A stretch of 64,000 nucleotides of DNA from Candidatus Binatia bacterium. GTDB lineage: Bacteria > Desulfobacterota > Binatia > HRBIN30. This document shows positions 1-9,680 of this stretch, piece by piece (position 1 is the first letter of the stretch; the number at the start of each line of letters is the position of its first letter). A program made the translations under genes and the position numbers. The DNA lies in contig JBBRSP010000001.1 in assembly GCA_038245295.1 (NCBI GenBank), forward strand, positions 320,001 through 384,000, read 5' to 3'. Under the pieces are notes generated by a model. It worked only from the letters and a program-made list of their open reading frames with translations. It was not told the origin of the DNA and made no database searches.

Positions 1-253
1 CGGCGGCGGCGCCCGTCAGCGCGCCCTTGGCTTCGCAAAGATTGATGTGCCGACACTGATGTTGTGGGGCGAGCACGACGCGGCGCTGGGCAAAGAGACG
101 ACATACGGAACCGAGCGCTACGTCAACGATCTCACCATTCGCTACCTGCCGCGAGTGTCGCATTGGGTGCAACAGGAAGCCCCGGAGAAGGTCAACGCGA
201 TGGTCACCGCGTGGTTGAGCGGCCAGCGCGTGCCCGAAGCGCACGAGATCTAA
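1..253 (+). CDS. Alpha/beta hydrolase (epoxide hydrolase-like), C-terminal part; 5' end outside the window
   Basis: PTLMLWGEHD...SHWVQQEAPEKVN is the typical acid/His catalytic tail of a/b hydrolases. Confidence 0.85.
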   Translation, partial: GGGARQRALGFAKIDVPTLMLWGEHDAALGKETTYGTERYVNDLTIRYLPRVSHWVQQEAPEKVNAMVTAWLSGQRVPEAHEI

Positions 254-262
254 GGCCCGGGC

Positions 263-348
263 AAAGGGTCCTGCCCCCGTTTTCGCTAGCGCGACGCTTG
301 GCTTCCTTGATGATGTCCGCTGGCAGAAAAGGGTCCTGTCCCCTTTTT
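263..348. repeat. Two direct copies of an imperfect palindrome AAAGGGTCCTG(C/T)CCCC..TTT (REP-like)
   Basis: aaagggtcctgcccccgtttt at 263-283 and aaaagggtcctgtccccttttt at 327-348. Confidence 0.6.
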
Positions 349-469
349 CAGGAACCCGATCACCGATGCGGCCCGACCGCGGCGGCGCCGAGTGCGCGGC
401 GTCGAATTACGATTTGAAGAAGGAATTGTTGCGCTTGGATCGCATGAGGATTAGAGGAGCAGAAGAGAC

Positions 470-835
470 ATGACGCACCGACGCTCACTGCGCATCGCGA
501 TCCTCTTGAGCCTGACGCTGCTCCTCCAGGCGGCGTACGTCGGTCCGGCGCGTGCCACCGCCAGTGTCCGCGCCATTCATTGCTGCGCCACCCGATGCCA
601 CCATATGCCGTCGCCGGCACGTTCCGCACGATGCTGCGGCGTCGAGCGCGATGAAAGCGGCCTGGCTCCAGCATCAACGATACAACCTCTGCCTGCACCG
701 GCCTTCGCGGCGCTCCTTCCTGTGATCGCTGTAACTTCGCCTCTGTCGCGCACGGGTCTACACTTCGACCCAACGGCGCGCCTGTCGGCGCGTGCCGCGC
801 CAATCTTTCTCCTCACTCTGTCCCTGCGTATCTGA
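470..835 (+). CDS. Exported Cys/His-rich leader protein (CutF/DUF2946-like architecture) upstream of the cus operon
   Basis: Purine-rich RBS region (gaggagcagaagagac), Sec-type signal ending ARA, HCCxxxCHH and CC motifs, C-terminus PIFLLTLSLRI*. Confidence 0.7.
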   Translation: MTHRRSLRIAILLSLTLLLQAAYVGPARATASVRAIHCCATRCHHMPSPARSARCCGVERDESGLAPASTIQPLPAPAFAALLPVIAVTSPLSRTGLHFDPTARLSARAAPIFLLTLSLRI

Positions 836-837
836 GA

Positions 838-959
838 TTCTCCATCCCGGTTCGGGCGTGTCGTTCGTTCGGCACTGCCCGGAGGTGTCTGTTGGCCATC
901 CAACAGGCGGCTGAACGATCCCGTTCGGTCCACGATCAGGCCAGTTTCGGCGTGGAGAG
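838..959 (+). promoter_or_regulatory. Predicted RBS-sequestering multibranch RNA structure between the leader and cusC
   Basis: TCTCCAT-C-CCGG (839-850) pairs with TCGG-C-GTGGAGA (947-958, the SD); inner hairpins ctgttgg/ccaacag and gctgaacg/cgttcggt. Confidence 0.6.
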
Positions 960-964
960 ATGTC

Positions 965-2224
965 ATGAAGCGAGTATTGACTGTCGGGTATTTGGCGGCT
1001 GCCAGCTGCTTGTGGGCGACCCATCCTGCCCAGGCCCAAGGCGACGTGTCCCTCACCCTGGCAAGCGTGATCGAAGTTGCGCGCCAACGAAATCCTGAAA
1101 TCGAGGCGGCACGGCAGCGTGCTACCGGGGCGGCGGCGGTGCCGGCTCGCGTCAGCGCGTATGACGATCCGACCTTCGCATGGGAGGCCTACAACGCGCC
1201 GGAGTCGCTGCGCATCGATCGCGCCGACAACAATATCCTCCGTGTTTCGCAACGTATCCCGTTCCCGGGGAAACGCAGCCTGGCCGGCGTTGTGGCTGAG
1301 CACGATGCCGAGGTCATGCAGCAGGATGTTACCAGCGTCGAGTTGGACGTCGTCACCGCGGTTCGCCGCGCCTACTACGATCTGTGGCTGGCGCATCGGA
1401 CACTGGATCTCTTCGAGCGCGAGAAGTTGTTGCTGCAGCGATTCAGCCACATCGCCGAGCAACGCTACGCCACCAGTGAGGTCACGCAGTCCGACGTCTT
1501 GCGGGCGCAGGTCGAACTCACCCGCACGATCAACCGGATCGCGACGCAACAGTTGGTGATCGACGCGGCACGCGCCGAGTTGAACGCGTTGCTGAGCCGA
1601 GAGCCGGATGATCCGTTGGGCGATCCCGATCCACCACCCGTACCGCGACTCGCCGCGACACCGGTAGCGTGGATGGCGCGCGCACTGAAACAGCGCCCGG
1701 AGCTGGCGGCGCAAACCGCTGTCCTTGCCCGCGAAGACAGCAGTGTCCGTCTGGCGGAGATGAACTACCTGCCGGATTTCGAGTTTACGGTCGGCCGTTT
1801 CTTCAACTACGATCGCAACGATGGCTTCGGCGCCATTGCCTCGGTCACCCTGCCGTTCGTCTACCGCTCGAAGTACGCCGCCGGCATCGCCGAAGCCAAC
1901 GCGCGTGTCGCGGCGGCACAAGCCGACCAACGCAAGCTGAGTGATCGAATCCGCCGCGAGGTGACGCAGAGCTTCGTGAGAGCCCGCACCGCACTGCTGC
2001 AGCGCGAGCTGTTCGTCACCACACACATTCCCCAGGCCGAGCAGGCGTTGCGGGTTACGGAGAGCGCGTATCAAACCGGGACGGTCGACTTCCTGGCCCT
2101 CGTCGATACCGCGCGCAGCATCGAGATGGCGCACGTCGAACACCTGCAAGCCGAGGCGGACTTCCAGAAGGCCTATGCTGATTTGGAGCGCGCCGCCGGC
2201 GTGTTCCCATCGAGCCAGCCGTGA
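965..2224 (+). CDS. cusC: TolC-family outer membrane efflux protein (CusC/CzcC-like)
   Basis: Signal peptide, OEP helical repeats (NPEIEAAR, RPELAA, AYQTGTVDFLALVD), first gene before MFP and RND. Confidence 0.85.
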   Translation: MKRVLTVGYLAAASCLWATHPAQAQGDVSLTLASVIEVARQRNPEIEAARQRATGAAAVPARVSAYDDPTFAWEAYNAPESLRIDRADNNILRVSQRIPFPGKRSLAGVVAEHDAEVMQQDVTSVELDVVTAVRRAYYDLWLAHRTLDLFEREKLLLQRFSHIAEQRYATSEVTQSDVLRAQVELTRTINRIATQQLVIDAARAELNALLSREPDDPLGDPDPPPVPRLAATPVAWMARALKQRPELAAQTAVLAREDSSVRLAEMNYLPDFEFTVGRFFNYDRNDGFGAIASVTLPFVYRSKYAAGIAEANARVAAAQADQRKLSDRIRREVTQSFVRARTALLQRELFVTTHIPQAEQALRVTESAYQTGTVDFLALVDTARSIEMAHVEHLQAEADFQKAYADLERAAGVFPSSQP

Positions 2225-2235
2225 GGCGAGGAGTC

Positions 2236-3474
2236 ATGATCATGCGCGTACGTCGGTTGTTCGTAAGTATCGTCCTGCTTCTGGTCGCCTTTGGTGCGGG
2301 TGTATTTGTTCCGCGGTCGTGGCTGTCGGTTCCATCAACGCCGGACACTCTCGGGTCGGTCACGAAGAAGGAACGTTACCAGTGTGCCATGCACCCGCAG
2401 ATCGTTCGCGACCACCCGGGTAACTGTCCAATCTGTCAGATGACACTGCAACGCGTCGAGGACGGCGAAGTGCTGCCAACTCCGGCCGCGTCTTCCAACG
2501 GCAAGTCGAAGATCCTCTTCTATCGTCACCCGATGCGGGCGGACGTGACGTCCCCCGTCCCCGCGGTCGACGAGATGGGCATGGCCTACATTCCGGTGCG
2601 CGAGGAAGATGTTGGCGGCGGCACAGGAGGGGACGTTCCGGACCACGCGCCATTCACGCTCTCCGTGCAGCGCCAGCAACTCATCGGTGTAACTCGAACA
2701 AAGCTCGAACGGCGCAACCTCGATGTCGAGATTCGCGCCGTCGGCAAGGTTGCGTATGACCCGCAGCTCTATCAGGCGATCAGCGAATACCGTGAGGCGC
2801 GCAAGGCCAATGCGGGAATCGCCGACAGCACTGTCCCTGAGGCTCACGCCGGGGCGAACGCGATGGTGCGCTCGTCGGCGCTGAAGCTGCGACAGATGGG
2901 GATCTCCGAGCAGCAACTGCGCGAGCTGACCGAGAGCGGCGCCTCACCGACCAACCTGTTGCTGCCGGGCAAAAGTGCTTGGATCTATGCCCAGGTTTAC
3001 GAATACGAAATGGACAGCGTGCACCCGGGACAGACGATCGAAGTCACAACACCAGCTCTCCCGGGTCGTACCTTCACCGCCAAGATTGTGGCCGTTGATG
3101 CAATCCTCAATGCCGCGACGCGCACGGTGCGGGTGCGAGCCCTGGTGCAGACTCCGGATACGGTGCTGCGCCCCGAGACCTTCGTGCACGTGAAGATTCG
3201 CGTCCCGTTGGGGGAGAAACTAGCAGTGCCCGAAGACGCGGTTCTCGATACCGGCGAGCACCAGGTTGTCTTTGTCGTCATGGGCGAAGGACATTTCGAG
3301 CCGCGCTCCGTGCAACTAGGTCGAGAAGCGCAGGGCTATTACGAGGTCTTGTCCGGAATCGAGGTCGGTGAAGAAGTCGTCACTTCGGCCAACTTCCTGA
3401 TTGATTCGGAATCGCGCTTTCGCTCGGCCCTCGCCGCTTTTGCCGCGAAACCGCCGGCTGCCCACGCGCACTGA
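2236..3474 (+). CDS. cusB: Efflux RND periplasmic adaptor (CusB family) with N-terminal heavy-metal-binding domain
   Basis: YQCAMHPQIVRDHPGNCPICQMTL, YRHPM...DEMGMAYIPV, C-terminal VVTSANFLIDSES; RBS gaggag before ATG 2236. Confidence 0.9.
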   Translation: MIMRVRRLFVSIVLLLVAFGAGVFVPRSWLSVPSTPDTLGSVTKKERYQCAMHPQIVRDHPGNCPICQMTLQRVEDGEVLPTPAASSNGKSKILFYRHPMRADVTSPVPAVDEMGMAYIPVREEDVGGGTGGDVPDHAPFTLSVQRQQLIGVTRTKLERRNLDVEIRAVGKVAYDPQLYQAISEYREARKANAGIADSTVPEAHAGANAMVRSSALKLRQMGISEQQLRELTESGASPTNLLLPGKSAWIYAQVYEYEMDSVHPGQTIEVTTPALPGRTFTAKIVAVDAILNAATRTVRVRALVQTPDTVLRPETFVHVKIRVPLGEKLAVPEDAVLDTGEHQVVFVVMGEGHFEPRSVQLGREAQGYYEVLSGIEVGEEVVTSANFLIDSESRFRSALAAFAAKPPAAHAH

Positions 3475-3485
3475 GGAGAACGGCG

Positions 3486-6400
3486 ATGGTGGAACGAATC
3501 ATCGAGTTCAGCGCGCACAACAAGTTCCTGGTGTTGTTGCTCACCGCCGTGGCGTTGGTTGGAGCGACCTGGACGGTCCGTACGATCCCGCTCGACGCGA
3601 TTCCCGATCTCTCCGATACACAAGTGATTGTCTACTCGCGCTGGGATCGCAGCCCGGATCTGATCGAGGATCAGGTTACATATCCGATCGTCTCGGCGTT
3701 ACTCGGCGCACCCAAGATCAAGGTTGTCCGCGGCTTCTCCGATTTCGGTTACTCTTACGTCTACGTCATCTTCCAGGACGGCACCGACCTTTACTGGGCG
3801 CGTGCCCGGGTGCTCGAATATCTCAGCAAGATCCTGCCGCGTTTGCCCGAGGGGGTGCAGACCGAGCTCGGCCCCGACGCCACCAGCGTCGGCTGGGTGT
3901 ATCAGTACGCTCTCACCGATCATTCCGGGACGCACGATCTCGCCGAGCTGCGCAGCCTGCAAGACTGGTATCTGCGCTACCATCTACAAGCCGTGCCGGG
4001 TGTGGCCGAGGTGGCGGCGGTGGGTGGGTTCGTCAAGCAGTATCAGGTCAATGTCGATCCGCAGCTACTGCTGGCGTACAATATCCCGCTGACCCAGGTG
4101 CTCGACGCGATTCGCCGCGGCAACAAGGAGGTTGGCGGTCGCGTTCTCGAGTTCGCCGGCACCGAATACATGGTGCGCGGGCGCGGCTACATCAAGTCGA
4201 TCGACGACATCGAGAAGATTGTCGTGTCGACCGATCCGTCGTCGGGCACGCCGGTACAGGTCAAACAGGTTGCGAAGGTGGCGCTGGGGCCGGACATGCG
4301 CCGCGGCGTGGCCGACCTGGACGGGCAGGGCGACACCGTCGGTGGCATCGTTGTCATGCGTCACGGCGAGAATGCGCTCCAGGTCATCGAGCGTGTCAAA
4401 GCGAAGCTCGAAGAGCTCAAACCCAGCCTGCCGGAGGGGGTGGAGATCATTCCGACCTACGACCGTTCCGGCCTCATCGAACACTCCATCGATACGTTGC
4501 TCCATTCTCTGCGCGAGGAGATGATCATCGTCAGCTTCGTGATCTTGCTCTTCCTGTGGCACTTCCCCTCGGCGATCATTCCGATCATCACGATTCCTGT
4601 CTCGGTATTCCTGGCGTTCATCCCGCTCTATCTGATGGGCTTGAGCTCGAACATCATGTCGCTGTCCGGCATCGCCATCTCGATCGGTGTGCTCGTCGAT
4701 GGAGCTATCGTCGAGGTCGAGAATGCCTACAAGCGGCTTGAAGAGTGGATCGAGGGTGGCCGGCAGGGCGACTTCCATCTCGTCCGACTGCAGGCCCTCA
4801 AAGAAGTCGGACCGTCGGTCTTCTTCTCACTGCTGGTGATTGCGATCGCCTTCTTGCCGGTGTTCACGCTGGTCGATCAGGAAGGCCGTCTCTTCAAGCC
4901 ACTCGCCTACTCGAAGAACCTGGCGATGGCGCTCGCGGCTGTCCTCGCGATCACCCTCGATCCCGCATTGCGCATGATGTTCACGCGCATGGACTACGCA
5001 CACTTTCGACCGCGTTGGCTCGCATCGATTGTCAACACGGTGACGGTCGGGCGCTACTACACCGAGGAACGCCACCCGATCAGTCGCGTCTTGTTTGCCG
5101 TCTATGAGCCCGTGTGTCGGTTTGTGTTGCGGCATCGTGTTCTAACGCTGGTGCTTGCGCTGGGCTTGGTGGCATCCACCGTCCCCGTCTATTTCAAGCT
5201 CGGTTCGGAGTTCATGCCGCCGCTCAACGAAGGTGCCTTTCTCTACATGCCGACGGCGTTGCCGGGCATGTCGGTCACTGAGGCGCAGCGCATCCTGCAA
5301 ATCCAGGACAAGATCATCCGCAGCTTCCCGGAAGTGGAGACGGTGTTCGGCAAGGCGGGTAGAGCGACGTCGCCCACCGACCCGGCGCCGTTCTCGATGG
5401 TCGAGACGACGATCATGCTGAAGCCCGAGTCGACGTGGCGGCCGATGCGGCGCTGGTACTCCGACTGGCCGGCTCCGCTGCGCTGGTTGTTTTCGTCGGT
5501 GACGCCGGAGCACATGACGTTTACCGAGCTGCAAGACGACATGGACGCCAAGCTGCGCTTCCCCGGCATCCCGAACATCTGGACCATGCCGATCAAGAAC
5601 CGCATCGACATGCTGTCGACCGGCGTGCGCACGCCGATCGGCATCAAGATCCTCGGCGCCGACCTCAAAGTGATCCAGAAAGTCGGCGAGGATCTCGAAG
5701 GGATCATTCGCGAGATTCCGGGCACGCGAAATGTCATCGCCGAGCGCACCGCCGGTGGGTACTACGTCGACTTCACGCTGAATCGCGACGAGCTGGCACG
5801 CTACGGCCTGTCGATTGAAGACGGACAGACGGTGATCATGTCGGCGATCGGCGGCGAGAACATCACCAATACGATCGAGGGGCGCGAGCGTTACCCGGTG
5901 AACGTCCGCTACGGTCGCGAATTCCGTGACAACATCGATGAGCTGCGGCGCGTCCTGGTGCCGACGGCGTCGGGGGCGCAGGTGCCGCTGGCCCAACTGG
6001 CCGACATCAAATTCTCGGAAGGCCCGTCGATGATTCGCAGCGAGAACGGCCACCTCGCCGGCTACGTGTACGTCGATATGGACAGCACCCGTGATCTTGG
6101 CGGGTATGTGCACGAAGCGAAGAAGCGTGTCGCCAAAGCCCTGCAGCTGCCCAAGGGCTACAGCCTGGTGTGGAGCGGCCAATACGAGAATCTGGCGCGG
6201 GTGCGCGAGCGCTTGAAGATGGTGATCCCGTTGACGCTCTTCCTGATCGCGCTGCTGCTGTACATGAACACCAAATCGGTAGTGAAGGCCGGTATCGTCA
6301 TGCTCGCCGTGCCGTTCTCGCTGATCGGCGCCATCTGGTTGCTCTACGTGCTCGGATACAACACGTCGATTGCCGTCTGGGTCGGCATGATCGCCCTCAT

Positions 6401-6776
6401 GGGTCTTGATGCCGAGACCGGCGTCTTCATGCTGCTGTTTCTGGATCTCGCCTACGACGAACGTGTCCGCAAAGGCACGATGCGAACCTGGACGGATCTC
6501 GAGGAAGCGATCCTGCACGGCGCCGTGAAGCGTGTGCGCCCGAAGATGATGACCGTGATGGCGTCCTTCTTCGGCCTGCTGCCGATCATGTGGTCGATCG
6601 GCGCCGGGTCGGACGTAATGAAACGCATCGCCGCGCCGATGGTAGGTGGGCTTTTCACCTCGTTCCTTCTCGAGCTGCTCGTCTACCCGGTCATCTACTC
6701 GATCTGGAAGTGGCGTTTCGAAATGAAAGGCGGCAGCGTAATCCCACAGCCGGCCTTGATCGGCACGCCCCGCTAG
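3486..6776 (+). CDS. cusA: CusA/SilA-family Cu(I)/Ag(I) RND efflux transporter
   Basis: DAIPDLSDTQVIV, GPDATSVGWVYQY, Met triad (EFMPPLNEG, PFSMVET, RIDML), KRIAAPMVGG. Confidence 0.95.
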   Translation: MVERIIEFSAHNKFLVLLLTAVALVGATWTVRTIPLDAIPDLSDTQVIVYSRWDRSPDLIEDQVTYPIVSALLGAPKIKVVRGFSDFGYSYVYVIFQDGTDLYWARARVLEYLSKILPRLPEGVQTELGPDATSVGWVYQYALTDHSGTHDLAELRSLQDWYLRYHLQAVPGVAEVAAVGGFVKQYQVNVDPQLLLAYNIPLTQVLDAIRRGNKEVGGRVLEFAGTEYMVRGRGYIKSIDDIEKIVVSTDPSSGTPVQVKQVAKVALGPDMRRGVADLDGQGDTVGGIVVMRHGENALQVIERVKAKLEELKPSLPEGVEIIPTYDRSGLIEHSIDTLLHSLREEMIIVSFVILLFLWHFPSAIIPIITIPVSVFLAFIPLYLMGLSSNIMSLSGIAISIGVLVDGAIVEVENAYKRLEEWIEGGRQGDFHLVRLQALKEVGPSVFFSLLVIAIAFLPVFTLVDQEGRLFKPLAYSKNLAMALAAVLAITLDPALRMMFTRMDYAHFRPRWLASIVNTVTVGRYYTEERHPISRVLFAVYEPVCRFVLRHRVLTLVLALGLVASTVPVYFKLGSEFMPPLNEGAFLYMPTALPGMSVTEAQRILQIQDKIIRSFPEVETVFGKAGRATSPTDPAPFSMVETTIMLKPESTWRPMRRWYSDWPAPLRWLFSSVTPEHMTFTELQDDMDAKLRFPGIPNIWTMPIKNRIDMLSTGVRTPIGIKILGADLKVIQKVGEDLEGIIREIPGTRNVIAERTAGGYYVDFTLNRDELARYGLSIEDGQTVIMSAIGGENITNTIEGRERYPVNVRYGREFRDNIDELRRVLVPTASGAQVPLAQLADIKFSEGPSMIRSENGHLAGYVYVDMDSTRDLGGYVHEAKKRVAKALQLPKGYSLVWSGQYENLARVRERLKMVIPLTLFLIALLLYMNTKSVVKAGIVMLAVPFSLIGAIWLLYVLGYNTSIAVWVGMIALMGLDAETGVFMLLFLDLAYDERVRKGTMRTWTDLEEAILHGAVKRVRPKMMTVMASFFGLLPIMWSIGAGSDVMKRIAAPMVGGLFTSFLLELLVYPVIYSIWKWRFEMKGGSVIPQPALIGTPR

Positions 6777-6935
6777 CACTGCTCGTTTCTATGCCCCGGC
6801 GCGGAACAACAATTTGGGAATTGTTGGCCGGCGTGTGGACGGCGTATGGCTTGCGGCCTGACGTGCCCGGTGGCTGGCGATGCCCGCGCGAGTAGCTGGA
6901 GCCTCGTCTCCTTGACGGCTCGAGAACGCTCTCGT

Positions 6936-9260
6936 ATGGCTCCTTCGGTGTCGGAGAGAGCGCCTGAAGTCTATCCAGAACCTCCGACGACGCTGACGCC
7001 GCCGCATTCGCCCTTGGCGGACGAGAATCCACTCGAGGCAGCCTTGAGCATCGGCCTGGCGACGTTCATGTCCACGAGTGCGCTCATTCTGCTGAAGCTG
7101 CTCGTAACAAAGACGTTTTCTGTTCCCACGTTGAACTTCGGTGGTCGCGGTCCGCAGCTCCTTTCGCTTGCCCAGGGTGTGCTCGTCACACCAGGGGTTG
7201 TAGCCTTGATCACCGTGGGCGCAGTCCTCCTCGGGCGATTCTATGCACGATTGGTTGGAGAGGGGTCGCTGGGATCCATCCTGACCGCCTCACTCGCCGG
7301 CATCGCCGGCGCGATCGCCATGGTTCCGGTGCTCGGACGAGAGGCCGACAGCACGCGGATGCCGTTGGTTATCCTGATCCCGATCCTGCTGGGCATTGCC
7401 GCACTGGTTTGTCATCAGAGTCGACTGGTCACGCGCGGGGTCCTCTTCAGCGCCTGTTTGCCCGGGGCACTGTTCGCGTACAGTCTTGCGTCGCTGTTGG
7501 ACAGTGAAGGAATCACCGCCGCCTTTCCGCTGAACTCGGAGCTGGCGCGACAAGGAGTTGCTGCCCTGGGCGGGCTCCTCATCGGGCACCTTGTTGCCTT
7601 CCTTCTTCCGACGGTCATTGGGGTGCTCTTGCTGTCCGGCTGGGGGCAGCAGTGGGCATGGCGCAGCCTTCTTGCTTTTGGCCTCATGGGTGCGGCCGCG
7701 TGGATGGTATTGATCCTGGACAATATCCTCGAGCCGCTGCTCGCTTTCCCTGGCCTCTTCGATTTTCGTTTCGCCATCGAGCTGCTGGCGATCCTCATGG
7801 GCGCGGCGGGTGTCGGCCTGTTGTTGAGTCGCGGCCGGGCGCAAGCAGGGGCCGCTGGCGTTGCCATCGCACTGGCGCTAGCCGCCGTCCCACTTCCGAT
7901 CACCCCAAAGGCAGCAATGTATTCTTCGGGAATGGCCATCGACGTGTGGGTTCGGCGTTCCTACTCGGAAGTCTTCGACCGCGACGGGGATGGAGCATCG
8001 ACCTTGTTCGGGGAGGGGGATTGCGATGATCACAATGCCGCCATCCGTCCCGGCCGCCCCGACGTCCCGTTCAACGGCATCGATGAAAACTGTTTGGCGG
8101 GCGACCTGCAGCAGGCGGATGTACCCCCGAATCGGTGGCAGATCACCCATCCGGCATCAGCCAACCACAGCATTCTTCTGGTCACGGTCGATACGCTACG
8201 CTCCGACATCGTGTTCGGAGCAAATGGGACAATGCCGCGTTTGCGCAGCTTCGCCCAACGCCACGGTGGATTCGACAATGCTCACGCTCTCGGCGGCGCC
8301 ACCGCTTTTGGCCTTCTCAATCTCTTCTACACGGAAGAGATCTCACCCTACGCTCTGCCGCGTCATCGCAACCTTCCGAGTTATATGAAGGAGGCGGGCT
8401 ATCGAACACTGTGCATCTACCCGACCTACCGCGCCGCATCCGTGGATGTGCCTACGACGATCTTTCAGGAATGCGATCTGGCCGAGGTTGTTGCCGGCGA
8501 CGACAAGGCGCGCATCCCTTCCGGGCAGGAAGTGATCGAGCGGGCGCTCTTGCGCATGAATCAAATTGCTGGGAACAAGTTCGTCTGGATACAGCTCGAC
8601 GACCTTCACGACTACGTCGTGTACCGTCCCGGTAAAGGCTACAAAAGCTACTACTTGTTCGATGGCCTTTCGTCGCTGGGCTCGTATCAGACCCTACGAT
8701 CCTACTTGCTCGCCAAGTATCGCGAGCGCGCTGCCTATCTCGACCGAGTCTTGGATGAACAGATCCTGTCTCGCTTCGAGAACGACCCCGCATTCGCCGA
8801 CACTCTTCTGATCTTGACCGGTGATCACGGCGAGGAGTTCCTGGAGCACGGCGGCATCTTTCATGGCTCAACTCTTTACGAAGAGCTGACGCGTGTCCCG
8901 ATCGTCTTCTCGGATGGCCAGGCCGGAGAGATCTACCATCACCCAATGGCTCATCAGGACGCCGTCAAGAGCATGATGGCGTACGCCGGCTTCGAGCGTT
9001 TTCCCGAGCCGGCAACAACCTTGCGCACACCGCCCAGCGACGACCGTGTCCTCGTCGGATTGATGGTCAGCAACGGCCTCTTCTCTGTACGCCGCGGCAG
9101 GTACAAACTCATTCTGAACTTCTTCACCGGCGCTGAGATGTTGTTCGACCTCGTCGACGATCCAGGGGAGACACGCGACCGGAGCGGTGATCTTCCGCAG
9201 GTTGCGGCTGAGTTTAGGACGCTGGCCGACATCGAAGAGCGCCGGATCATCAAGCGCTAG
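6936..9260 (+). CDS. Multi-pass membrane protein with a C-terminal sulfatase/alkaline-phosphatase-superfamily domain and a MopE-like DxDGDG-DCDD-NGIDENC motif
   Basis: About 9 hydrophobic helices; ILLVTVDTLRSD, TGDHGEEFLEHGGIFHG, LYEELTRVP, LFDLVDDPGE; start uncertain (6846 or 6936). Confidence 0.8.
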   Translation: MAPSVSERAPEVYPEPPTTLTPPHSPLADENPLEAALSIGLATFMSTSALILLKLLVTKTFSVPTLNFGGRGPQLLSLAQGVLVTPGVVALITVGAVLLGRFYARLVGEGSLGSILTASLAGIAGAIAMVPVLGREADSTRMPLVILIPILLGIAALVCHQSRLVTRGVLFSACLPGALFAYSLASLLDSEGITAAFPLNSELARQGVAALGGLLIGHLVAFLLPTVIGVLLLSGWGQQWAWRSLLAFGLMGAAAWMVLILDNILEPLLAFPGLFDFRFAIELLAILMGAAGVGLLLSRGRAQAGAAGVAIALALAAVPLPITPKAAMYSSGMAIDVWVRRSYSEVFDRDGDGASTLFGEGDCDDHNAAIRPGRPDVPFNGIDENCLAGDLQQADVPPNRWQITHPASANHSILLVTVDTLRSDIVFGANGTMPRLRSFAQRHGGFDNAHALGGATAFGLLNLFYTEEISPYALPRHRNLPSYMKEAGYRTLCIYPTYRAASVDVPTTIFQECDLAEVVAGDDKARIPSGQEVIERALLRMNQIAGNKFVWIQLDDLHDYVVYRPGKGYKSYYLFDGLSSLGSYQTLRSYLLAKYRERAAYLDRVLDEQILSRFENDPAFADTLLILTGDHGEEFLEHGGIFHGSTLYEELTRVPIVFSDGQAGEIYHHPMAHQDAVKSMMAYAGFERFPEPATTLRTPPSDDRVLVGLMVSNGLFSVRRGRYKLILNFFTGAEMLFDLVDDPGETRDRSGDLPQVAAEFRTLADIEERRIIKR

Positions 9261-9680
9261 GTATAACCCGGCTGTGGGCATCGTGGCGACGATCCGCCAG
9301 CGTCTGGGCGTGGGAACCGCGACCAACCTCAAGGCTCGTCGCTCAAGTCGAGCTCGGCGCCGGGAAACGCCGGTGGCATGGCGAGGCGTGCAAGCCAGGC
9401 CTGAAACTCGGTAAGCAGAAGGGACGACCTGGCCATCTCCCCGGCCAGTTGGTTGGCGCGTTTCTGCAAGGTCGCGAGCTCATCCGGATTGTCGGCGGCA
9501 ACGTTGTTGTTCATTGGGCGCGAAGGCCAAGACGACCGCTATCCACGCAAGGTTGCGATGCGCCTTCCTAGTCTATGGAAGGCGCCCCGCCGCCATCGTT
9601 GAAGCGTGCCTTCCCTGACACCCGCAGCGGTTGGCGTCTCCCTTGCAGTACTCTTAAGTAGAGCCACAGGAGGGCCTACC

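Noticed and set aside
9329..9514. 61-aa minus-strand ORF
   Set aside because: No recognisable motif; may be real but is unsupported
9575..9680. Leader/anti-SD upstream of the first multicopper oxidase (gccttccctg vs caggagggc)
   Set aside because: Pairing is imperfect, and the short upstream ORF lacks a signal peptide, Cys cluster, terminal motif and RBS
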